A model generated the notes under the pieces. The model searched no databases and was not told the DNA's origin. It saw nothing but the letters and a program-made list of their open reading frames with translations. Positions 36,932-46,729 of a DNA stretch of 64,000 bases are shown here, piece by piece. The position numbers and the translations under genes are program-made. The DNA lies in contig JANWVT010000006.1 in NCBI GenBank assembly GCA_025056255.1, forward strand, positions 118,981 to 182,980, in the 5' to 3' direction. Origin of the DNA: Bernardetiaceae bacterium. Lineage in GTDB: Bacteria; Bacteroidota; Bacteroidia; Cytophagales; Thermoflexibacteraceae. Numbering within the stretch: position 1 is the stretch's first letter; every line of letters begins with the position of its first letter.

Positions 36932-38029
36932 TCAGTACTTAGCGGCTCTTAGAATAGCTTCTAATTCGCGGATAATTTCGCGTTTATAATTGCGCGAAGG
37001 AGCATAGGCAAATCCTTCGTAGTAAAACAGCCGTCCACTTTTAGTATCTGCAAAGCTGTAGCTAATAAAACATCCTCCCATGGTAGCCGTGTTAGTACGC
37101 CACAGACCGCGCATCTCTACGGCATACTTTCCATTTACCGTGCTTTCTCTAAAAAAAGGCGGCTCTAACGGCTCGGTGATGACGTAGGAGTTGGGTTTTT
37201 CAGGGTCGCCGTAAAGATGAGCTTTACAAATGCTGTTGCGCCAAGCAATAAGGCTGTCAGCGTGAAACTGTTTTTCAGATGCATAGGGTTTGTAGGCTAA
37301 TACCAAACTTTTATCTACCTCTGCATCGGGCATGCGCACCCACAAAAAACCAGTCTTTTTGTCGGGACTAACTTCTTCCTTAACAAATTCAAATCCACGT
37401 GGCAACAACAGTTGTATGTTGTGGGTGTTGGCAATTCTTTCTTCTAAGTTGTCTTTGGCGCGCAATTTTGATAAGCCTTGTGTGATGCGTTTGCGTTCAG
37501 TTTCAGCAAAAATATCTTGTAATTTGCGTCGGTTGAGGCGTAAATGATTAGCTAATTGCCGGTCGGTTTGTCCAAATAAAAATACAACTACTTGCCCTAT
37601 GGCAAACTGGTTAGGAACAATTTGATAAAACAAGCTACTGTCTTGTGCTATTTGCTGCAACCCTTCTGGTGGGAAGAAAGACTTTAGGCGCTCGGTAGCA
37701 GGAGAATGACGCTCTAAGGACACTACGAAAACCAAGTTTTTGTGCTGTTTAAGAATGCTGTTGAGCTGCGTAGCGTGTGCTTTTCGCAAAGAAAACATTT
37801 TTTCACCGCGAAGTGTGCCAGGTAACTCTGCTGAATAAACACTTCGCAGCGCCTCGCCGACCTCTCCGCTCCATTGTGCAGTATCCATTATTACAATAAT
37901 TTCCCCTGTTTTGCCGCGTGCAGCAGGTAAGTTGCTACTCTGAGGACTTCCTCCTTCGCTGCTGCTACACGACCATGCCAACCAGCTCCCCAAAAAGATG
38001 CTACCGATAATTATCAAGGTTCTTGTCAT
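36932..38029 (-). CDS. DUF4837-like lipoprotein
   Basis: 365 aa. Lipobox WSCSS. The LP..RGK.GEIIVIMD...W.GEVGEALR pattern fits my recollection of DUF4837. Confidence 0.6.
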   Translation of the reverse strand: MTRTLIIIGSIFLGSWLAWSCSSSEGGSPQSSNLPAARGKTGEIIVIMDTAQWSGEVGEALRSVYSAELPGTLRGEKMFSLRKAHATQLNSILKQHKNLVFVVSLERHSPATERLKSFFPPEGLQQIAQDSSLFYQIVPNQFAIGQVVVFLFGQTDRQLANHLRLNRRKLQDIFAETERKRITQGLSKLRAKDNLEERIANTHNIQLLLPRGFEFVKEEVSPDKKTGFLWVRMPDAEVDKSLVLAYKPYASEKQFHADSLIAWRNSICKAHLYGDPEKPNSYVITEPLEPPFFRESTVNGKYAVEMRGLWRTNTATMGGCFISYSFADTKSGRLFYYEGFAYAPSRNYKREIIRELEAILRAAKY

Positions 38030-38150
38030 ATGCGCATGTGCTTAAATTGGTTCTGTTCATTGCCATAACCCCTAATGGCGGTGGCAAGTTACAGTATCTG
38101 GAAATTTTTTACCTATTTTTGAACACAGAGCAATCAAGGATGTTTCTAAT

Positions 38151-38888
38151 ATGCAAGGCTACGGGCTTATCGGCAAAAAACTGTCGCATTCGTTTTCTAA
38201 AATTTTTTTTACAGAAAAATTTGCACGTGAACAAATTAATGCTGTGTACGAACTCTATGAACTGCCCTCAGCTGACCAATTGCGAACATTAGTCAAAAAC
38301 AATCCTCAGTTGCGTGGCTTAAATGTAACAATTCCCTACAAATGCGACGTCATTCCGCTTTTAGATTACATAGACCCCAAAGCTGCTGAGATAGGAGCAG
38401 TTAATGTGATTAAAATTCATCCAGACGGAACTCTGAGCGGCTATAACTCCGACTACGAAGGTTTTCGCTACTCTTTACAGCGCTTCACTCCTCCGGAGCA
38501 TCTTTACAACGCCTTGATTTTGGGAACAGGAGGGGCAGCAAAAGCCGTACAAGCTGTGCTGAACGATATGGGCATGGAATATACGTTTGTTTCACGCATG
38601 CCTATTGGCAACAACTGCATCAGCTACGACGAGCTTCCTTTTTTGGGCTTAGATGCCTACCGCCTCATTATTAACACTACTCCACTGGGTATGTATCCGA
38701 ACGTGCACCAGTTTCCACCCTTGCCTTATGAACAACTCACTCCCTCACACTACCTGCACGACTTAGTGTATAATCCCGAAGAAACTGCATTTATGAAACG
38801 AGGCAAACAATACGGTGCTCATGTAAAAAATGGCTTGGAAATGCTCTACAGGCAAGCTGAAAAAGCTTGGGAGATTTGGCAAATGTAA
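38151..38888 (+). CDS. aroE: Shikimate dehydrogenase
   Basis: 245 aa. LIGKKLSHSFS, NVTIPYK, GAVNVI and LGTGGAAKAV motifs. Confidence 0.8.
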   Translation: MQGYGLIGKKLSHSFSKIFFTEKFAREQINAVYELYELPSADQLRTLVKNNPQLRGLNVTIPYKCDVIPLLDYIDPKAAEIGAVNVIKIHPDGTLSGYNSDYEGFRYSLQRFTPPEHLYNALILGTGGAAKAVQAVLNDMGMEYTFVSRMPIGNNCISYDELPFLGLDAYRLIINTTPLGMYPNVHQFPPLPYEQLTPSHYLHDLVYNPEETAFMKRGKQYGAHVKNGLEMLYRQAEKAWEIWQM

Positions 38889-38947
38889 ATTAAACTTTGC
38901 ACGCAAAAACTTGTCTTATTTGTGCACATAAACAACAGATTCAAGAT

Positions 38948-39406
38948 ATGAGAATTTTTGGAATATTAGCCCTGCTTTTGTTCATAGGGCTACAACCAGG
39001 TAACTTACAAGCGCAAGGTCGGAAAAAAAACCGCCCTACTGCCGAGCAGCGCGTAGAGCTGCAAACTCGAAAACTTACCGAAGAATTACAACTCGATGCC
39101 AAACAGCAAGAGCAAGTAAAAGCCGCTTTACAAGCACGCGTGAAAGCAACTGATGAATTGCTTGCACAAGCAGCTGCCGACCGACAAGCCCGTTTGAATA
39201 AAGCCCGTGAAATTCAGCAAAATTTTAATGCTACTATGAAAGGCATTCTCAATGCCGAACAACAAGCCAAGTTTGAGCAGCTACAAGCTAAACGCAAGGA
39301 ACAGTTCAAGCAACGAAGACAAAAACGCGGCGCCAGAGGCAAACACCACAGCAAAAACCACTTACAAGACGAGGAGGATTTGGACGATTTGGAAGATTTT
39401 AGATGA
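38948..39406 (+). CDS. Periplasmic LTXXQ-motif (Spy/CpxP-like) protein
   Basis: Signal peptide MRIFGILALLLFIG. Repeated L..EQQ..F / L..KQQEQV motifs, a basic helical body and an acidic tail. Confidence 0.5.
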   Translation: MRIFGILALLLFIGLQPGNLQAQGRKKNRPTAEQRVELQTRKLTEELQLDAKQQEQVKAALQARVKATDELLAQAAADRQARLNKAREIQQNFNATMKGILNAEQQAKFEQLQAKRKEQFKQRRQKRGARGKHHSKNHLQDEEDLDDLEDFR

Positions 39407-39426
39407 GTAGAGTAGCTTAGGCGGTT

Positions 39427-39458
39427 GTTTAGGTTTTTGTAAGGTTCATTTTGCCAAA
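39427..39458 (-). repeat. Solo right-arm module of the composite repeat (GTTTAGGTTTTTGTAAGGTTCATTTTGCCAAA)
   Basis: Near-identical to 43499-43531. It is followed at 39484-39507 by the hairpin GTTGTTCGTG-TGCT-CACGAACAAC. Confidence 0.8.
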
Positions 39459-39657
39459 TTTATTTCAGGCAGGCAAATTCACCGTTGTTCGTGTGCTCAC
39501 GAACAACCACTTTTTATACATACCTTCCTCCATATGGTACGGGCAAGATTCATTACCGGCTAGCCCGAGAGGTTTTTAAAACTTATGGGCTTATGTAAAG
39601 GCAAGTGGCAATAAGAAAAATTGTAATTTTTTCTAACACTCAATTGCATAATTGCTC

Positions 39658-40890
39658 TTACCTACCAATATGCCTGATAGCATCTGTTAAAAGGTGGCAA
39701 TTGTTGGGCATCAGTGCTTCAATGAGCATGTTGTTTTGTTTTTCTAAGCAAAAATATTTAGCAGCAAATTGCCTTGCCGCACTACCTAATGTGGCGAGTT
39801 GTTCGTTAGAAGCAGCGGCAAAAGCAGCAATACACTCTTCTAATCGGTGCCAATCGCCTGAGGGGGCTGTCCATCCACAAGCAGCCTGCTTAATGAGGGC
39901 AGCCGCTTCTCCTTCACCTGAAAAAATAATGGGTAAACCCGCAGCCATTGCCTCGTAGAGTTTAGAAGGGACTGTGCCATAGAGCCTTTGTTGTTGTGGA
40001 ATAAGGGCACCGTCGAAGTTGGCTAACAAATCAGGGATTTCTGTGTAGTCAACTGCCTCATGCAAATGGCAGAATAGCTCATTGGGCGTGCGCTGCAGCG
40101 CTGCTTGCAAGCGTTTTCTGAGCGGTCCGTCGCCGTAGATATGCAATTCTACGCCCCATTTTTCAAAAGGGATATTTCGGCAGATTTCTTCTAAGCCTTG
40201 CGCCAGCCCAATCAGTCCGAAGTAAATCAAGCGTCGGGGGGGAGGGGCGAGGTATTTTTTTATTTTGTACTGCTCGGGGCACACGCCCACGCGATACAGC
40301 AGAATTGGCTTTTCGGGTACATGGTGGCGAATATAAGCTACAGACTCCTCCGACTGTGCCATAATTAAATGTGCCTTTTCATAAAGAAAATACTCTACTC
40401 GTTTTGCCCACTGAAAAAGCACATGAGCAGGGCTGAGAATACCCATTTGCGCGAGAGCATCTGGCCACAAGTCAGAAATATTAAGCAAGAGAGCAGCAGC
40501 GTTTTCTTTGGCTAACCACCATCCTAATAGCGCCAAAGGCAGTGGCGGAGATTGGACTATTACCCACTCTGGAGCAAAAAGTTTTACTTTTTTTCTATGT
40601 AACAACATAGCAATCAGCAGCGTCAGTACCGAAAGCAGTCTGGGTAGTAGGCGCACCGAAGCAGAGGGGATAAAGGCACAGCGCCAAACCTCATAGCCCC
40701 TGAAAAAATCTTGGTGAAACCATTTACCAACAAAGCGCTTGTCTATTTTTCCTTTTGGATAGTGTGGCATAGCCGTCAGCACTACTACTTCGTGCCCGGC
40801 TTGCACCAAGCCGTCTACAATGCCCTGCATATGACGCGGGCAGGCACCTTTGTCGGGTGGAAAACTCGGTGTAATCAGCAATATTCTCAC
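39658..40890 (-). CDS. Glycosyltransferase family 4
   Basis: 410 aa. The N-terminus MRILLITPSFPP...GHEVVVLT and the C-terminal E..G..P.K..EAMA.G.P motif fit a GT-B fold. The GTG start shares 1 nt with the nuoD stop. Confidence 0.75.
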   Translation of the reverse strand: MRILLITPSFPPDKGACPRHMQGIVDGLVQAGHEVVVLTAMPHYPKGKIDKRFVGKWFHQDFFRGYEVWRCAFIPSASVRLLPRLLSVLTLLIAMLLHRKKVKLFAPEWVIVQSPPLPLALLGWWLAKENAAALLLNISDLWPDALAQMGILSPAHVLFQWAKRVEYFLYEKAHLIMAQSEESVAYIRHHVPEKPILLYRVGVCPEQYKIKKYLAPPPRRLIYFGLIGLAQGLEEICRNIPFEKWGVELHIYGDGPLRKRLQAALQRTPNELFCHLHEAVDYTEIPDLLANFDGALIPQQQRLYGTVPSKLYEAMAAGLPIIFSGEGEAAALIKQAACGWTAPSGDWHRLEECIAAFAAASNEQLATLGSAARQFAAKYFCLEKQNNMLIEALMPNNCHLLTDAIRHIGR

Positions 40891-42107
40891 TAACGGTCAA
40901 TTTCTCCCAAAACTATGTCAATTGAGCCTAAAACAGCAATCAAATCGGCTATTAGTCCGCCGCGTGCCATTTCAGCAATCACAGAGAGGTTAGAAAACGA
41001 GCAAGAACGGCATTTAACTCGCCAAGGAACATCGCTCATGGGTTGGCTGCGAAAAAAGAAGCCTAACTCTCCTTTGGGGGTTTCTGCACGGGCATAAACT
41101 TCCATTTGCTTTTTTGTTCTCAAATTTTTCGGTACAGCGGCTTGTGGGTCGAAATCGCGAGTACGGCGGCAGTCGGTAGTAAGGCGCTGCAAACATTGTT
41201 CAATGATGCGCACACTCTCTCGGCACTCTAGCAAGCGCACGTAGGTTCTGTCCCAGCAGTCACCTTGTGTACCCATCAGTCCCTGCCCGATGGGTATGTC
41301 AAACTCCAGCTCAGGATATACTGAGTAGCCATCTATTCGGCGCAGGTCGTATTTTAATCCTGAGGCGCGTAGCATTGGTCCGGTTACGCCATAGTCAATG
41401 GCTACTTCTAACGGTAAGATGCCTACATTAGCAGTTCGTTGCACAAAAATTTTGCTTTCAATCAACAATTTTTCACATTCTTGCAGTTTGGGTTTTAAAT
41501 ATTGCATTAACTCTTGACAGCGCTGTTCAAATTGTAGAGGTAAGTCGTAATACAGCCCACCTATCCAAATGTAGTTGTAAAGCATTCGCGCTCCGCATAC
41601 CCATTCCAATAATCGCAAGATGTGTTCTCGGTCGCGCATCATCCACAAGAAAGGCGTAAAAGCACCCATATCGATGGCATAGGTGCCAATGGCAACAAAA
41701 TGAGAAGCTAAGCGGTTCAGCTCTGCTACTAACACGCGGATGAACTCTACACGACGTGGAATTTTGCCTTCTAATTCGAGCATTTTTTCTACTCCCAGTA
41801 CGTAGGCATGCTCGCAATTCATAGCAGCTAAGTAATCTAACCTATCTACGAAAGGAATAATCTGATTGTAGGGCAGATTTTCTGCATGTTTTTCAAAACA
41901 ACGATGCAAATAGCCCAAGTGTGGAACTACATCTATTACTGTCTCCCCGTCGGTAAGTACTTCCAAACGCAAAACACCGTGTGTGGAAGGATGCTGAGGA
42001 CCTAAATTGAGCAAAAAATGCCCCTGAGCAAGTTCTTCAACACGATATTTAGTAGGTTCTGAAACGCGCAGGTTATCTTCTGCAAAGTCATACGTAATAG
42101 CCGGCAT
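40890..42107 (-). CDS. nuoD: NADH-quinone oxidoreductase subunit D (49-kDa subunit)
   Basis: 405 aa. LNLGPQHPSTHGVLRL, the HLGYLHRCFEK block and the C-terminal VLGSIDIVLGEIDR. Confidence 0.9.
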   Translation of the reverse strand: MPAITYDFAEDNLRVSEPTKYRVEELAQGHFLLNLGPQHPSTHGVLRLEVLTDGETVIDVVPHLGYLHRCFEKHAENLPYNQIIPFVDRLDYLAAMNCEHAYVLGVEKMLELEGKIPRRVEFIRVLVAELNRLASHFVAIGTYAIDMGAFTPFLWMMRDREHILRLLEWVCGARMLYNYIWIGGLYYDLPLQFEQRCQELMQYLKPKLQECEKLLIESKIFVQRTANVGILPLEVAIDYGVTGPMLRASGLKYDLRRIDGYSVYPELEFDIPIGQGLMGTQGDCWDRTYVRLLECRESVRIIEQCLQRLTTDCRRTRDFDPQAAVPKNLRTKKQMEVYARAETPKGELGFFFRSQPMSDVPWRVKCRSCSFSNLSVIAEMARGGLIADLIAVLGSIDIVLGEIDR

Positions 42108-42187
42108 AAGTCTGATGTACTAAGCAAAATTAGAGCAATAATTTGGCTAATTTTGATAGTGGATATGCTCTTACTGACTAAAAAGAT

Positions 42188-42691
42188 ATGCAATTGAAAA
42201 CGAAGTGCTTTTGCCATCTGATGTGGCTCTTATTGGTTAGTTATTGGCTTCCGCTTTCCTGTTATAGCCAACAAGTAACGGTGGTAAATATTGAGCAAGT
42301 AACAGATTTGATGCAAAACCAGTCAGATACGGTTTATGTAGTAAACTTTTGGGCTACTTGGTGTGCTCCGTGTGTAAAAGAACTACCTGAATTTGTACAG
42401 CTACATGAAGCCTATCAAAACCGCAAAGTCCGTGTTCAGCTCATCAGTATCGATTTTCGCTCTGCCTTAGAATCTTCTTTAAAACCTTTGTTGCAAAGAA
42501 AAAACATCACTTGCCCCGTGTGGCTGCTCAACAATACAGACTACGACAGTTGGATTAATCGCATAGAAGAAAGTTGGCAAGGAGAAATACCTTTCACCCT
42601 GATTTTCAATAACCAGCGCCGCAAAAGAGTCGTTATTAGTGGACAAACTGACTTCCATCATTTGGAAAAACTTATCGGTGAAATGTTGTAA
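42188..42691 (+). CDS. TlpA-like thioredoxin-fold protein
   Basis: 167 aa. Signal peptide and CxxC motif FWATWCAPCVKE. Confidence 0.7.
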   Translation: MQLKTKCFCHLMWLLLVSYWLPLSCYSQQVTVVNIEQVTDLMQNQSDTVYVVNFWATWCAPCVKELPEFVQLHEAYQNRKVRVQLISIDFRSALESSLKPLLQRKNITCPVWLLNNTDYDSWINRIEESWQGEIPFTLIFNNQRRKRVVISGQTDFHHLEKLIGEML

Positions 42692-42736
42692 ATTGGTATG
42701 GATTTAGAACCATTACTTAACAAAAACCCAAATAAC

Positions 42737-43354
42737 ATGAAAGCACAACGTTTTTTGCTATCTTTACTGCTGTGCTGGGGCTTGGCTACTTTATTGTGGG
42801 CACAACGCTCCACAGGCTTGCAGCCCGGCGATGAGGCGCCTGATTTTGAGCTAAAAAATGTAGATGGTCAATTGGTTTCGCTTGCCGACTACAAGCAAGC
42901 TAAGGGTTTTATTATTGTTTTCACCTGCAATCATTGTCCGTTTGCCAAGTTGTACGAAGACCGCATTATTGCCCTTCACAACAAATATGCCCCCAAAGGA
43001 TTTCCTGTTGTTGCCATCAATCCTAATGATGCTACTAAACAGCCAGAAGACAGCTTTGAAATGATGATACAGCGTGCACAAGAAAAATCATTTCCATATG
43101 TTTACTTGCAAGATGCTACGCAAGAAATAGCCCGCACATATGGTGCAGCTCGCACGCCGCATGTATGGATTTTACAAAAACAAGACAATAAACTCAAAGT
43201 AGCCTATGTAGGAGGCATCGATAATAGCCCCGAAGATCCGGCTAACGCTACTGAGAAATATGTAGAGCGAGCCATAGAAGAGTTATTAGCAGGCAGAGTG
43301 GTAAGTAAGAATACTACCAAAGCCATTGGTTGCACTATCAAGTGGCGCAATTGA
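42737..43354 (+). CDS. Thioredoxin-fold redoxin (AhpC/TSA-like) protein
   Basis: Signal peptide. APDFELKNVDG..VSLADYK, FTCNHCPF. Start moved to Met14 of the track ORF. Confidence 0.75.
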   Translation: MKAQRFLLSLLLCWGLATLLWAQRSTGLQPGDEAPDFELKNVDGQLVSLADYKQAKGFIIVFTCNHCPFAKLYEDRIIALHNKYAPKGFPVVAINPNDATKQPEDSFEMMIQRAQEKSFPYVYLQDATQEIARTYGAARTPHVWILQKQDNKLKVAYVGGIDNSPEDPANATEKYVERAIEELLAGRVVSKNTTKAIGCTIKWRN

Positions 43355-43454
43355 ATGCCAGTTATGCAATTAAGCATTTGAAAAATTCAATTTGTACGCC
43401 GCCGTTGTTGTTTGTGCCTCACAAAAAACAACGGCACTAAGTAGGGTAGGCACC

Positions 43455-43491
43455 AAAAAACCGATAGGTTTTAAGACCTGTCGGTTTTTTT
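43455..43491. terminator. Bidirectional-looking terminator hairpin (A6-stem-T7), part of repeat copy A
   Basis: CCGATAGG-N8-CCTGTCGG (one G-T pair), flanked by an A-run and a T-run. Confidence 0.65.
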
Positions 43492-43660
43492 GCATGGGTT
43501 TAGTGGTTTTTTTGTAAGGTTCATTTTGCCACATTCATATGCATGATTTGGAATGTGAGATGGCGGAATGCGGAAAATTCTAAAATCCGAACTCCAAAAT
43601 CCAAACTCCTGTAGCAAGGCTGTTTTTCAGCTACTCAATCCTATTCATCCTCATGAACAA
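43455..43660 (-). repeat. Composite intergenic repeat element, copy A (inverted, single core, truncated left arm)
   Basis: The reverse complement aligns to 50057-50321 with a handful of substitutions. One 7-nt heptad and one block of about 90 nt (core-to-core) are missing. Confidence 0.9.
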
Positions 43661-44136
43661 TGGCGCGTGCAACGGCGGCGTAGGAAGTTAAATTTTTCCA
43701 ACAATTAATTTCATAGTGCCAATGATGAAGTTCACTTACAAGTGCACTATTGTTCATAAGACAAAAACCACAGAGACAGATTATGGGCTCTGACCGATAC
43801 CATCCTGTTTATCCTATCTGAGAAACAGCTCATTCTTGCCTCAGTAGTCATTTCTTTGCTTTTTCGGCTCAATGGCATTTGTAAAAGATTTTCGTACTTA
43901 CTAAAAAAAAATCATCTTTGAATTTGCCAATCCATTTTAAGTTGGTGCATAACGAGCATTCGTTTTTTAAAAAAATAAACATTTTGAAGTCAATTAGGCA
44001 TTCTTTTTGCTTCATATATTTACACTGTCAGGCGTAAGCAAAGTTAATTTTCATAATTACAACCGTGCTACCACACTACAACCTCCGCCTGTAACGCCCA
44101 AACATAAAGGATTTTACCTCTATCAGTCAATTTGTC

Positions 44137-45354
44137 ATGAGATGTCATTTTTTATTGTTAGTAGGCGTTTTTGGAGTGCTTACTATTAAAGTTCAAGGTC
44201 AGAACCTAACACGAGAGTTTCCTTATGCGGGAGTTACATATCGCTATCGAGTTACTCCCACCCAAGACAGTTCTGTACTCTGGCTACATATTCAAGCACT
44301 GAAAAATCGGCAACAAGGAATAATGCTTTACAAAGGGCGCATGGCTGTTGTGTTCAACCATCCACGACGCTGGCGCATCACTATTTTTGGTGCGCAAAAA
44401 AAGCAAAACAGTTGGGTAACCCTGCCCGATAGCTATCTGGAAACTACGTTTGACCTCCAACGCCAAACAGTTACACACTTCGATAATGGCTCTATGGTAC
44501 AGGCTGCTGAGCAGGAAACTGTGGAAAATTTCTCTGCAGAGTGGAATAATCTCAGTCGTAACACGGCACTTGCAACTACCATAGAGTATTTCATCATGAA
44601 CTATAACCGCGCAATTGGGCAGCATGAGGCGGGTGAAGAGTTGGAAACCGAAGAGGTTCTACTGCTCGAACAAATGATGGCAGAGCGACAAGCACAGCGC
44701 GACAGCATGGTAACCGCTCTGATAGAGCAACGACAAAAAACCATATCCGACTCGCAAGCAACCCACATAGATAGCACTGCTCTTGCAGCAAACCCTGCAC
44801 CTGCAGCTGCGGATTCACTACCAACGGCTTTTGCCGACTCAGCAGCAACATTAACAGCCGCTCCAGTGCTGCCGCCACCCATCCGCATAGAAGGCAACTT
44901 TGAATTGCCTCACATTAGCAAAATATCATCGGAAGACGAAATCTATTTTATAGAAACTGAAATAGATGAGTTCAACCACATTGTCATGAAAATAAGGCAT
45001 TACAACGCCGACAGCAATTGGAACAAACTGATATATGTAAGCGATATCCTTGTTCAAGACAGCACTCATCACAACGGCAAATATGAGGTTCGCATTCACT
45101 TGGCAGAAAACAAGGGCTACGAGTGGAAAATATTTTACAATGACTACCTCGCCTGCACCTTAGATGCAGTAAGACGTAAAATTTGTTATACAACAGTCGG
45201 AAAATTAGCAAGCAAACTAAATGACTTTCACTATCAACCGATAGAGGAAGAATTAGCATCGGAGGTAACACACATACACAAGCAAGATGTTTTATTGTGG
45301 GCTACCCAACACTTTGTAAAAAGATGTGCTAAATTACTGACAACAAGAAAATAA
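44137..45354 (+). CDS. Hypothetical secreted protein (no family recognised)
   Basis: 405 aa. Signal peptide MRCHFLLLVGVFGVLTIKVQGQ and a central Ala/Pro-rich low-complexity linker. Confidence 0.5.
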   Translation: MRCHFLLLVGVFGVLTIKVQGQNLTREFPYAGVTYRYRVTPTQDSSVLWLHIQALKNRQQGIMLYKGRMAVVFNHPRRWRITIFGAQKKQNSWVTLPDSYLETTFDLQRQTVTHFDNGSMVQAAEQETVENFSAEWNNLSRNTALATTIEYFIMNYNRAIGQHEAGEELETEEVLLLEQMMAERQAQRDSMVTALIEQRQKTISDSQATHIDSTALAANPAPAAADSLPTAFADSAATLTAAPVLPPPIRIEGNFELPHISKISSEDEIYFIETEIDEFNHIVMKIRHYNADSNWNKLIYVSDILVQDSTHHNGKYEVRIHLAENKGYEWKIFYNDYLACTLDAVRRKICYTTVGKLASKLNDFHYQPIEEELASEVTHIHKQDVLLWATQHFVKRCAKLLTTRK

Positions 45355-45381
45355 AAACATCAACTAACCTACCTTTGCGGC

Positions 45382-46617
45382 ATGAAAAAACAGCCGCTAT
45401 TGCAACCTATTCGCCAATCAGATTTTTGGTACGAACTACCCGATGAGCGCATTGCTCGCTTCCCACTTGAAGAGCGTGATGCCTCTAAGTTGTTGGTCTA
45501 TCGCAACGGTGAGATTCGCCACAACCGTTTCCGCTACATTGCCGATGAATTGAAAAGTGGAGATACGCTTTTCTTTAACAATACAAAAGTAATTCCCGCT
45601 AGAATTTTCTTTCAAAAAGAAACCGGAGCCCTTATTGAAGTATTTTTATTGCATCCAGTAGCGCCCACCTCAGATGTAGGGCTAATGATGCAACAAACCG
45701 AGCGCTGCACATGGGCTTGTGCTATTGGCAATCTCAAACGCCTCAAAAACAACACTCAGCTCGAGCGCACGGTAGAGATAGAAGGCAAAACCGTTACGCT
45801 ACGAGCTACGCTACAAAACCGAGAGGTGCAATGGGTTGATTTTCAATGGGATAACCCCGAGATAAGTTTTGCAGAATTGCTTACCTACGTAGGCGTTACC
45901 CCATTACCTCCTTACTTGAAAAGACAAGCAGAGGAAAAAGACAAAGATGCCTACCAAACTGTTTATGCCAAGCAAGAGGGCGCAGTAGCTGCCCCAACCG
46001 CAGGTTTGCATTTCACCGACTACATTCTGCAAGAGGCTCTGCCTAAAAAAGGCATCCATACTAATTACCTCACGCTGCATGTGGCTGGCGGCACTTTCCA
46101 GCCCATCAAACACGAAAACACATTAGACCACCCCATGCACTCCGAACAGATGATTGTAAGCATGGAAAATATAGACTGTTTGTTGGCTGCTGAAGATGTC
46201 GTAGCGGTTGGCACTACCTCTATGCGCACCTTGGAAAGCCTGTATTGGTATGGCGTGCTACTGGGCGAAAACCCAGAGGCAACTTTTCATATTCCTAAAC
46301 TAATGGCTTACGACTACCAACCAAACCAACTGCCTACACGCAAGCAAGCCATTGCCCGCGTAAAAGACTACATGCAACGCCACCAACTCAAAAAAATACA
46401 GGGCGAAACCGAAATCATGATTATACCCGGCTACGATTTCAAAGTCTGCGATGCATTAATTACAAACTTTCACATGCCCGGAACTACGCTGATTATGCTA
46501 GTAGCAGCCTTTATTGGCGATGATTGGCGCAAAGTTTACCAAGAGGCATTAGCAAACGACTACCGCTTCCTAAGCTTTGGTGACTCTTCACTACTTTTTC
46601 GCAATCAACCAACCTGA
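45382..46617 (+). CDS. queA: S-adenosylmethionine:tRNA ribosyltransferase-isomerase
   Basis: 411 aa. SDFWYELPDERIARFPLEERDASKLLV, NNTKVIPAR, VAAPTAGLHFT and GTTSMRTLES motifs. Confidence 0.85.
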   Translation: MKKQPLLQPIRQSDFWYELPDERIARFPLEERDASKLLVYRNGEIRHNRFRYIADELKSGDTLFFNNTKVIPARIFFQKETGALIEVFLLHPVAPTSDVGLMMQQTERCTWACAIGNLKRLKNNTQLERTVEIEGKTVTLRATLQNREVQWVDFQWDNPEISFAELLTYVGVTPLPPYLKRQAEEKDKDAYQTVYAKQEGAVAAPTAGLHFTDYILQEALPKKGIHTNYLTLHVAGGTFQPIKHENTLDHPMHSEQMIVSMENIDCLLAAEDVVAVGTTSMRTLESLYWYGVLLGENPEATFHIPKLMAYDYQPNQLPTRKQAIARVKDYMQRHQLKKIQGETEIMIIPGYDFKVCDALITNFHMPGTTLIMLVAAFIGDDWRKVYQEALANDYRFLSFGDSSLLFRNQPT

Positions 46618-46729
46618 GTGGGCTCGGCGAAAACAAAACCAAATTGCTAACTTGTAAAACAATTTTAAATTTGCTATTTGCACAGTGTAGCTGTTGCCAA
46701 CGCTGCACCGGTTTTCTCCATAACTGCTC

